Source: Cyanobacteria bacterium P01_G01_bin.39 (GTDB taxonomy: Bacteria > Cyanobacteriota > Cyanobacteriia > Cyanobacteriales > Xenococcaceae). From it: DNA of 40,000 bases. Where the stretch lies: NCBI GenBank assembly GCA_039180345.1, contig JBCDDK010000008.1, positions 4,643 through 44,642 on the forward strand, read 5' to 3'. Both the position numbers and the translations under genes were made by a program. The notes beneath the pieces are model-generated. The model did not search any database. It saw nothing but the letters and a program-made list of their open reading frames with translations, and was not told the DNA's origin. Shown piece by piece: positions 25,822-35,100 of this stretch (positions within the stretch are counted from its first letter, which is position 1; each line of letters starts with the position of its first letter).

Positions 25822-27444
25822 TTAGCAAACTTCATTTTTGGCAAAAGCTATTCCATCTAAGGGGTCATTAAAATTACCTATCAATTCTTCTTTATCACTG
25901 CTCGTTAAAAGAGACAAACGCGAGATACATTTTGCTGGATTAGCAACAATATCTGTGATCAAGGTCTGAAAATTTTTGAGCATTCGGGTAATAGTATCAG
26001 ATTCAAAAAGATCGATATTGTAGGTCATACTACCTTGGAGATATTTCCCATTATCTAAAAAGGTTAATATTAAATCGAAATCACCTCCTCGCCGTTCCAA
26101 TGCCATATAGTCAAGAACTATTTCTTTGCGGGCGTTTTCTAATGACTTGTTTTCACTTACGCGAGATTGATCCCAAACCAACATTGCCTGGAACAATGGC
26201 GGTCTGCTGGGGTCGCGTTCTAGTTGCAATTTTTCCACTAGTAAGGGAAATGGGAACTCTTGATGATCTAATGCTTCAAGTAAAGCTTGACGAACTTGAT
26301 GGAGTAATTCTTCAAATGTAGGATCACCTGCTAGATTCACCCTTAGAACAACTGGATTAACAAAATAACCGATGATGTTTTCTAATTTTGGATCTGTTCT
26401 TCCTGACATTGGACACCCAATCAACAGTTCCTCTTGAGAAGTATAACGTAGTAATAGAACTTGAAATGCCGCTAAAACAATGGCATAGGTTGTCGTCCCG
26501 GTTTTTTTCGCCAGCTCTCTGATTTCCCTAGAAACTTCCTGGCTTAAAATACAATGTTGCTTGTCACTGTTGTAAGTTTGCCTAGCTGGTCGAGGTTTAT
26601 CCGTTGGCAAATTTAGTACTGGCAATTCTCCAGATAATTTGTGTCGCCAGTAATCCCAATGCTGATTGATTTCTGTACCAGCAGCCAGCTTTTTTTGCTC
26701 TCGATGCACATAATCTCGATACTGAAAATTTAGTGTGGGTAGAGATATTGCACTGCTTTCTTTCATGCTTTTACAAAGCAGACAAAGCTCATCCATCAGA
26801 ATATCTATAGACCATAAATCCATTGCAATGTGATGACCCACTAGCAATAAAATTTTCTCTCTCTCTACTGAAAAGTCTGTCTCGGAATATCGATTTAATA
26901 GGTGTGCTCTGATAATTTCTCCTTCACCGAGGTTGAAAGGACGGTCTGCATTTTCTGCCAACCAATTATCTAAATAATCTTGAGAAGTATCATCAGTCTC
27001 TGTGACTATAAATTGGGCTTGCCAATCTTGGCAGGTTTGCTGAACGAATTGTCCGTTTTCAGTTTTATAAGCAGTGCGAAGGCTGGGATGGCGCTCAACC
27101 ATTTTATTAAATGCTTGTTCTAAGATTGAAACATCCAAGTCGGGATTAAGTCGCACTGCATACATCATGTTATAAACACTGCTTTCGGGTTCAAGTTGAT
27201 AAAAAAACCATAAAGCTTGTTGTCCTAATGACAAGGGATAAGGTTTGCTTGAGTTGGCATCTTGGCGTAATACATCCAAGATTTCTGATTTGTATTGCTT
27301 AATTTGGCTAAAGACTTGAGGAGTCAAAGTCTCTTTTGGACCCCGATAACGCAGCTTGTCTTCTTCCGCCCACAATTCTATTCCTTGGGTTCGAAGATCT
27401 TGAATAAAATCAACTATATTTGGGTCATTAAATGTATTAACCAT
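25822..27444 (-). CDS. stand-alone NRPS condensation domain with an N-terminal TubC-type docking domain
   Basis: aa 8-58, IVDFIQDLRTQGIELWAEEDKLRYRGPKETLTPQVFSQIKQYKSEILDVL, matches the TubC_N/beta-hairpin docking pattern. C1 is PLSLGQQALWF. C3 is HHIAMDLWS (aa 204-212, nt 26809-26835). There is no A or PCP domain in this protein. Confidence 0.9.
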   Translation of the reverse strand: MVNTFNDPNIVDFIQDLRTQGIELWAEEDKLRYRGPKETLTPQVFSQIKQYKSEILDVLRQDANSSKPYPLSLGQQALWFFYQLEPESSVYNMMYAVRLNPDLDVSILEQAFNKMVERHPSLRTAYKTENGQFVQQTCQDWQAQFIVTETDDTSQDYLDNWLAENADRPFNLGEGEIIRAHLLNRYSETDFSVEREKILLLVGHHIAMDLWSIDILMDELCLLCKSMKESSAISLPTLNFQYRDYVHREQKKLAAGTEINQHWDYWRHKLSGELPVLNLPTDKPRPARQTYNSDKQHCILSQEVSREIRELAKKTGTTTYAIVLAAFQVLLLRYTSQEELLIGCPMSGRTDPKLENIIGYFVNPVVLRVNLAGDPTFEELLHQVRQALLEALDHQEFPFPLLVEKLQLERDPSRPPLFQAMLVWDQSRVSENKSLENARKEIVLDYMALERRGGDFDLILTFLDNGKYLQGSMTYNIDLFESDTITRMLKNFQTLITDIVANPAKCISRLSLLTSSDKEELIGNFNDPLDGIAFAKNEVC

Positions 27445-27546
27445 TGATTAACATCTCTTGATTATTGGTTCGGATGAATTTATACATTCGATTGATTCTG
27501 GGAAAATTATCTGAGTCTAACTCTTATAATTACTAATTGTCTTCTA

Positions 27547-30500
27547 CTATAATTCTCCTTCCAACCAATTCTGATCATCTTGCAAAGATAAATTTGACTC
27601 AACTGTTGGTGAAACAGAATTCTCGGTCAGTTGTTCGCCACAAAGCTTTGCCAAACTAGCAACTGTAATCTCATTCATAAATTGACTCATTAGTAAATTG
27701 ACTCCTAAATCGGTTTTGAATAAGTTCCTCAACTGAACAGCCATTAAGGAGTCTAATCCCATGGTAGTCAAGGGCTGCTGGATATCCAGCTGTTTAGCAT
27801 TAATTCCCAGAGCTTGAGAAACCCTCTCCTGAACATAGATAACCAGGAGTGATTCACGCTCGCTTGAGTTAGCCTGTTTGATATCCTTAACTGATACTTG
27901 TTTATCTTGTATGGGTTGCTCCTGACCAATTAATTCTTCAAAAAATGGCGGAATATTACCTGATGAAAACTTCTGGCTAAACTTTGACCAGTCAATTGGG
28001 ACTACTCCTACTTGGGCAGAAACATTGAACAAGAGCCGCTCTAATGCTTGTAGTGCCAACTCGGGAACTATCGGTTCCATACCCTGAATTTTGATCTGAT
28101 TATCAGCTGCCATCCCGATGCTTGCCCACCCCCCCCAGTTGATAGTTAATCCAGGAAGTCCTTGAGTTTGACGGTAATGCGTCAAGGTATCGAGAAAAGT
28201 ATTGGCAGCGACATAATTGGTTTGACCTAGAGAACCTAGTAAAGATGCTGTCGAAGAGAACATTACAAAAAATTCTAATGATTTTTCTTTGGTCAAGCTA
28301 TGTAAATTCCAAGCTCCCTGCACTTTTGGAGCCATGACCCGAGCAAATCTTGACCAGTCAAGTTGTTGCAAAACCCCGTCATCTAAAATTCCCGCAGCGT
28401 GAATAATACCTCCCAAGGGTGAAACAGAGCTATCTACGTCCCTTATTACTTTAGCAATTTGTTCTTCTTGAGTAACATCTGCTTGAGCTACTACTACCTG
28501 CACCCCCGCATTTTCTAGCTCGGTTATTTTTTCCTTGGTGTTTTTACTAGGTTCACTACGCCCTAGTAAAACTAAATGCTTTGCTCCTCGCTGCGCCATC
28601 CAACCAGCGATGAATAAACCTAAACCTTTTAAACCACCAGTAATTAAATAGCTTTTTGATTCATGGAATAGATTTTTAGACTTAACCTTAGTTTTTTCTA
28701 GGTCTTTCCTAACTATTCTTGGCACATAACGAGTATTGTTACGAAAAGCGACTCGATCCTCTGAATCGTTTGACCAAATTTCTGCCAACAATACTGGGGC
28801 AAGATCATTCTTCAATTCTGGGTCTAGGTCTACCGTGACGCAATTTAGTTCAGGGTGTTCTAAAGAAATTACCTTTCCCATCCCCCATAAGGGAGCTTGG
28901 GATAAACCAGGAAGATTGCCTTCTCTGACTACTGCTTGGGCGCCTTTGGTCACTAAGCAGAGAGAACAAGAGTCGGATAATCCACTATTAACTAAATATT
29001 GAACGAGATTTAAAGTACTGCGACAACTTAATACGGAAGCATCTTTTAAATCTTCTACTGTCATGACTTGGGCATCTACAGTATCTAAACTCCACAGATG
29101 AACTATGCCGATAGAAGAAGTGTTGTCTAGATCCAAAGCTTTCCCTAGTTGCTCTAAATCCTCAGCAGAATTTGGCTCAATTGCAAACTCTGAATCGGAT
29201 ATCTGCTGGTATTGCTGACCTGAAAAAACCAACCGAGAATCTTTTCCCTCAGCTTTAAGCAAAGTCGCTAAATTGCATCCAATTCCTTTATTATCAGCTA
29301 AAATCAGCCAAGAATCGGGTTGGACTTGACTCCCTTGAGCTGACATGGGTTTGGCTGACCACTGAACTTCGTAAAACCAATCTTCAATACTGCTGGCTTT
29401 CTGGACTTCTAGTTCAGTTTTGCCTAAAGTTTCTAAGAGCTTAGGGAGTAACTGCAACTCTTGTGGGTCAAATTCTCCTGTTTTTGCTAATTTATCAACT
29501 AAGCTGCTTACCCCTCCTGGGGATAGTTGTAATAAATTATCTTTTGCCTCGACCCAGTAACGCTTTCTCTCAAAAGGATAGGTGGGTAGGGAAAGACGAT
29601 TTCGCTTTTCCTGTTGATAAAATGCCGACCAGTCTACTTCTACTCCTGCTTGCCATAACTGTCCTAAAGTATTGAGTATAAATGCTTGATCGGAAGTGTC
29701 TTCTTTGGGATGACGCAGGGAAGATAAAACAACTTGCTCATCTGCTTGCTTGAGTGCCAAGGACTTAAGCATCTTTCCTGGACCCACTTCTAAGAGAATA
29801 CAATCTTTTTGAGACAGTAGTTCTTTTGCTCCCGCAGCAAAACGAACCTCCGAGCGCAGATGTTTTGCCCAATAACTGGGATTGGTTGCTGACTCAGGAG
29901 TAACCCAAGTACCACTCACGTTGGAAATGTAGGGGATTTGAGGTGGATTTAGAGCAACTTGACTAACTCGTTCGGTAAAGGTTGCCAAAATCGGTTCCAT
30001 CATCGAGGAATGGAAGGCATGGGAAGTATGCAAGGGACGACAATCGATTTCTTTGTTAGTTAACTGTTGCTCAAATGTATCTATTGCTTCATGAGTTCCT
30101 GATACTACGCAACTACCTGGGGCGTTGAGTACTGCTAGATCTAGATTGTCATTGAGTAAGGTTTTAACTTCAGCTTCGGGTAAGAATACTGACAACATCG
30201 ACCCGCTAGGAAGTTTTTGCATCAACTGACCACGTTCAGCAACTAGCATCAAGGCATCTTCTAAGGAAAATACTCCAGCGATGCAGGCAGCTACATATTC
30301 ACCAATACTATGACCAATGGCTGCTTTTGGCTTAATGCCCCATGCCATCCAGAGACGAGCCGTGGCATATTCAATGATAAATAAAGCGGGTTGAGTAAAG
30401 CGAGTTTCGGTTAACTGTTGGGTTGCTGACTCGATCTTGTCCGTTTCTGGATAGAGTATGTCCCGCAAATCTAAGCCTAATCTGGGTTTTAGTAGTTCAC

Positions 30501-32187
30501 AACAGTAATCGACCTGTTCTCGGAAGATGGGTTCTTCCTGATATAATTCTTGGCCCATGTTGACATACTGCGCTCCCTGTCCAGAAAACATAAAGGCAAC
30601 TGTCCGTTTTTTAGATTCTGTCGGTTTGAGAAAGTCTGTATTTTGGAGAGCAGTAACAGCTTCAGCCCCATTTTGACAAACTACCACTTGCCGATATTTA
30701 AAGCCTCGACGACCTACTTGTAGAGTGTACGCTACGTCTCCTAAGTTTAAATCGACATGTTGTTCTAGGTGCTGTGCTAGATTTTGGGCAGCAGTTACTA
30801 AAGCAGATTCGCTTTTTGCCGAAAGCAGTAGTAATTGCCAAGGTCTAGAGGGGCTTGATGGTTCTCTAACGGGGGCTTCTTCTAAAATCACATGAGCATT
30901 AGTTCCCCCAATACCAAAGGAACTAACACCAGCCCTACGGGGTACGCCGTTAGTATGCCAAGGTTGCAGCTCAGTATTGACATAAAAGGGGCTGCTCGTA
31001 AAATTTATCTGGGGATTGGGTTGCTGGTAATTAATGCTGGGGGGAATTTCTTGATGTTTCAGAGCCAACACCGTCTTAATTAAGCTGATCGCACCAGAAG
31101 CACGGTTGAGATGACCCATGTTACCCTTGACCGAACCGATCGCACAATATCTTGTCTTGTCAGTACTGCTGCGGAAAACCTTAGTCAAAGCAGCAATTTC
31201 AATGGGATCTCCCATCGTCGTCCCTGTACCGTGGTTTTCGATATAGCTAATGGTCTCAGGGTCGATTTCGGCGATTTCTTGAGCTTCAGCGATCGCATCT
31301 GCCTGACCGTCTACACTGGGGGCGGTGTAGCCTACTTTTAAGGAACCATCATTGTTAATCGCCGAACCCTTAATTACTGCTAGAATTGGATCGCGATCGG
31401 CGATCGCATCTTCTAAGCGTTTCAGCACTACAATACCAACACCACTACCAAAAATTGTGCCTTTGGCATCTGCATCAAAGGGACGACAATGACCATCTGG
31501 AGATGCCACACTATCTTCTTGATGGAAATATCCTGCTGTTTGAGGCAGGGAAATCGTAGCGCCCCCCGCTAATGCCATGTCACATTCGCGATCAAGTAAT
31601 CCTTGACAAGCTATATGCACCGAAACTAAGGAAGTGGAACAGGCAGTGTTAATACATACGGAAGGGCCAGTTAAATTTAGCTTATAAGAAATCCGAGTCG
31701 GCACAAAGTCCTTATCATTGCCAATTTCAATTTGCAAATCCCCAGTTGATTTGATGAAATTGGGGTTGGTTAGGAGGTTTTGATGCAAATAAGTACTCAG
31801 ACTCGATCCTACATAGACTCCAATTCTGCCATCGTAGTTTTCTGAGTCCTGTCCCGCACTCTCTAATGCGCCCCAGGCACATTCTAATAACAAGCGATGT
31901 TGGGGATCTGTTGCTTGGGCTTCCCGAGGAGAGATGCCAAAAAAATCAGCATCAAATAAATCGACATCTGATAGTATCGCCCCTGCCTTAACATAATTGG
32001 GGTCTGCTACAGTTTCACTAGGTACGCCAGCCGCAATTAATTCTTCATCGCTAAAGAAGGTGATCGATTCTACGCCGTTGCGCAGATTGTGCCAAAATTC
32101 TGCAACATTATTAGCACCAGGGAAACGACCATCCATGCCGATAATCGCAATCCCTTCTTCATTTTGTGAATCTAGATAATCACTCAT
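27547..32187 (-). CDS. type I PKS module: KS-AT-KR-ACP
   Basis: KS, nt ~30880-32154: DGRFPGA, TACSTS (Cys183), HGTGT, GNMGH. AT, nt ~29653-30600: GHSIGE (Ser627) and HAFH, the malonyl-type motif. KR, nt ~28123-29370: TGGLKGLG, LDD at 1268-1270 (B-type), Tyr1325. ACP, nt ~27643-27855: GLDSL (Ser1480). There is no DH motif between AT and KR. The acidic C-terminal tail is DDQNWLEGEL. Confidence 0.95.
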   Translation of the reverse strand: MSDYLDSQNEEGIAIIGMDGRFPGANNVAEFWHNLRNGVESITFFSDEELIAAGVPSETVADPNYVKAGAILSDVDLFDADFFGISPREAQATDPQHRLLLECAWGALESAGQDSENYDGRIGVYVGSSLSTYLHQNLLTNPNFIKSTGDLQIEIGNDKDFVPTRISYKLNLTGPSVCINTACSTSLVSVHIACQGLLDRECDMALAGGATISLPQTAGYFHQEDSVASPDGHCRPFDADAKGTIFGSGVGIVVLKRLEDAIADRDPILAVIKGSAINNDGSLKVGYTAPSVDGQADAIAEAQEIAEIDPETISYIENHGTGTTMGDPIEIAALTKVFRSSTDKTRYCAIGSVKGNMGHLNRASGAISLIKTVLALKHQEIPPSINYQQPNPQINFTSSPFYVNTELQPWHTNGVPRRAGVSSFGIGGTNAHVILEEAPVREPSSPSRPWQLLLLSAKSESALVTAAQNLAQHLEQHVDLNLGDVAYTLQVGRRGFKYRQVVVCQNGAEAVTALQNTDFLKPTESKKRTVAFMFSGQGAQYVNMGQELYQEEPIFREQVDYCCELLKPRLGLDLRDILYPETDKIESATQQLTETRFTQPALFIIEYATARLWMAWGIKPKAAIGHSIGEYVAACIAGVFSLEDALMLVAERGQLMQKLPSGSMLSVFLPEAEVKTLLNDNLDLAVLNAPGSCVVSGTHEAIDTFEQQLTNKEIDCRPLHTSHAFHSSMMEPILATFTERVSQVALNPPQIPYISNVSGTWVTPESATNPSYWAKHLRSEVRFAAGAKELLSQKDCILLEVGPGKMLKSLALKQADEQVVLSSLRHPKEDTSDQAFILNTLGQLWQAGVEVDWSAFYQQEKRNRLSLPTYPFERKRYWVEAKDNLLQLSPGGVSSLVDKLAKTGEFDPQELQLLPKLLETLGKTELEVQKASSIEDWFYEVQWSAKPMSAQGSQVQPDSWLILADNKGIGCNLATLLKAEGKDSRLVFSGQQYQQISDSEFAIEPNSAEDLEQLGKALDLDNTSSIGIVHLWSLDTVDAQVMTVEDLKDASVLSCRSTLNLVQYLVNSGLSDSCSLCLVTKGAQAVVREGNLPGLSQAPLWGMGKVISLEHPELNCVTVDLDPELKNDLAPVLLAEIWSNDSEDRVAFRNNTRYVPRIVRKDLEKTKVKSKNLFHESKSYLITGGLKGLGLFIAGWMAQRGAKHLVLLGRSEPSKNTKEKITELENAGVQVVVAQADVTQEEQIAKVIRDVDSSVSPLGGIIHAAGILDDGVLQQLDWSRFARVMAPKVQGAWNLHSLTKEKSLEFFVMFSSTASLLGSLGQTNYVAANTFLDTLTHYRQTQGLPGLTINWGGWASIGMAADNQIKIQGMEPIVPELALQALERLLFNVSAQVGVVPIDWSKFSQKFSSGNIPPFFEELIGQEQPIQDKQVSVKDIKQANSSERESLLVIYVQERVSQALGINAKQLDIQQPLTTMGLDSLMAVQLRNLFKTDLGVNLLMSQFMNEITVASLAKLCGEQLTENSVSPTVESNLSLQDDQNWLEGEL

Positions 32188-35100
32188 TAGACTTTCCCTC
32201 CTCTGCGTTGTCGACGTTGTTTTCTAGCATCTTTTTTGCTGCGCACTCGGTCTGTAACATCTTGAAAACCTGGAGCTGATGATGATTTTTGCTCTCCCTG
32301 TGACTGAGTTAAATATTTTGCCAGAGCATCAATAGTAGGATATTGATATAAATCCACTAGGGAAATCTGAGGATAATTCTCTTGTAATTTGCTCAATATT
32401 TGAACCATTAATAAGGATGTACCCCCCAACTCGAAGAAGTTATCCTGGATACCTATTTGCTCTATGGTCAATACTTCCTTCCAGATTGTCACCAGTGATT
32501 CTTCTACCTGGTTCCCCGCAGCAACAAACTGAGATGCTAATTCCAGAGGACGAACTCGACGTTTATTAGACTCAATCAATTGTAGAATCTGCTTTGGCTC
32601 ATATAGCTCTGTAGCAATGCGAGTCATGGTTTGAATCTGTTTTTGACCTCGACTTACTGTTGCCGTTGGCTTTTGAACTCCTGGGGTAGAATCAACTGAC
32701 TTTGCAGTTTCTGGATTATAAGTAAGCTCGGCAGCTATTGCGCTAGGTAGTTTAAAGAGCCAAGATGATTCTATTTTTTCTTTAACGACACCAGCTAGAT
32801 TTTCTAGAAAATTTAGTGCGGGTTGATTTTTGGGTGTGGAAGCATATGCCAGATCTATGTACTCAAGCCCCCGATCTTGGGCTATGGTACCAAGGCTAGC
32901 TAACATCTGATGTTCGATGCCTTTACCTAAAGCGCGGCAGCTAAGGAGAAAAGTATCAACTTTTAGTACCTTGTCTGATACCCCGAATAACATTGCCCCT
33001 ACTAGACCATAATCACCAAAGCGATCGCTAACTTTAACAGTAAGACATTCTATTCCTGAATCGAGCAATTGTTGAATTTCAGTTTCACTCCGTCTAATGG
33101 TAGTAAAATTGAACTGGTTTGTCCGCTGGGTCAATTGTGCCACTCTAGCTAATTGCTGCACTGACATCGGGGCAATATTAACCTGTAGGTTTAAACCAGC
33201 CAAGAAATCGCTAAAGGTTATTGTCTCCTGACGGAAGCTTTCTCGTTTGACATTCTGCTGATAAAGAGCGGTTCTTTGTTTATCTTCTGCTGTATTTTGT
33301 AGGTGATCGAATGCCCAGATATGCTCTAGAAAGTTGGGAATTTTATCTATCTGTTCAGGAAGTTGTAAAGTTAGAACTTGAGGACAGTTGGCTTGCACTT
33401 CGGCACATTCGAGGGGATTATCATCAATAAAGATAAAGCTGTCTAACCCTAAGTTTAGTTCCTGTGCCAGAGATTTAATATTCTCTGATTTTGCTTGCCA
33501 GTTAATACGCCACTGAACTAGATGTCGTCGTTGTAGAGGCATTTGATGGTAGTCAAATACTTGCCAAACATCTGCCTCATTATTCTTACTACACAAACAT
33601 AAGAGCATTCCTGCCTCAGATTGTGCCACCATGAATTCCTGTAGCTTTTTATAAGCTGGATCTATGGTTACTCCCTCTGCGCCATCTTCCCCACAGATTC
33701 CGTTCCATAAAGTGCGATCGCAATCTAAGACAATCACTTTGTAAGGAAGGGTTTTAAGAACGTTTATTTTACGAGCGATCACTGTTCCCAAAGCGGTATA
33801 GTATTCTGGGGTATAGGGAACACTACCTGATTTATCTCCACGAGGATCGTAGTAATCTAGGACAGGATATTTGGTAGTTAATTCTGAAACTGGTAATAAA
33901 TGTATGCCGTTAACCTGATCTAGATAGGAACCTAAGAGATTTTCCATCTCTCCATAAAAACTGCTACGTTCTGGATCTGAATTTACCTCCGAGGAAGCAG
34001 GACACAGACAAACTAGATAGGGGGTTGCAGTAGATTCGGCAGAGGCGATTAATGCTTGCCCTAAATCTTTGATATTTTCTTTTAGGCTAGCTTTATTTTC
34101 CTTAGAGATTGACGACAATACTTGAGCTGAAGTGCCAGGACGGGTTGCATAAATGTTATAAAGACCCGAACCTTGAAGCAAAGTTTCTTCTTCTACAATC
34201 AGTTCAAACCCCTTGTCTTGCAACAGTTGTTTGACTTGTTTAATAATGCTTCCCTCTTGATCGTGAACTTCCACAACCATTTGTTGAATTATCGACCAGT
34301 GATGGTCTTTAATCCCCTGTAGGACTGGCAATTCACTTTTTTCCGCATCTAGCTTGAGTAAATCGATACGTTCAATGTTGTGTTCTTCTATTACGCTCGA
34401 AAGAGTCCGCAATTGAGCTTGGAAGCTTTCTACTTCTAACCTACCTGGCATAAACTCATCAGCAAGTCTTTCTAATTCTGCTCCTTCGCCAGCATTGACC
34501 TGCTGTAACATATTCAGGATTACGGCGCGGATAGCTTGCTCGTCGTCTTCTTTGTCGGCATGAAACCCAGAGAACACCGAAGAGTTAGGATAGAAAGTAA
34601 AGGTTTCTGATTTATCTGACCCTGATAGTCCGCAGTTAAATAAGTTAGCATTCTGACAATACAAGGCTGCATTGCTCTTTAACTTCTCAAAAGCATGGGG
34701 GGCAGGTTCAAAGGAGTAGATAGTTGCGTTAGGACACTGTTGCTGAATAAATAAGGTAAACAAGCCAATATTTGCCCCAATATCCACCACACAAGCATCG
34801 TCATTCAAGACTATATTATGTCTGGCGTAAACCCGATCAACGAATAATTCCTGATAAAGATATTCGGTTTCATATTGATTGAGGTGGGCTACCTCCAGAC
34901 CTTGAGGTAAATTATGAGTCGACAAGTTACCTAAAATTGCTTGCTTTTGTTCAGTGTCAACTATGGGTTTGAGTTGCTTCTTATCCTGTGACCAATCTTC
35001 TAGTCTGAGTAAAATTACATTAACCCCATCTCGATTCTGAGACATCGTACTACTAGGGTTGAGTAACTCTTGAAATATTTGATTATAAGGGGCAAATTCA

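Noticed and set aside
28123-29370. Looked for a DH (or ER) domain in the roughly 300 aa between AT and the KR catalytic core of the PKS.
   Set aside because: No HxxxGxxxxP, YGP or DxxxQ motifs were found. The segment reads as the KR structural subdomain, so the module is KS-AT-KR-ACP only.
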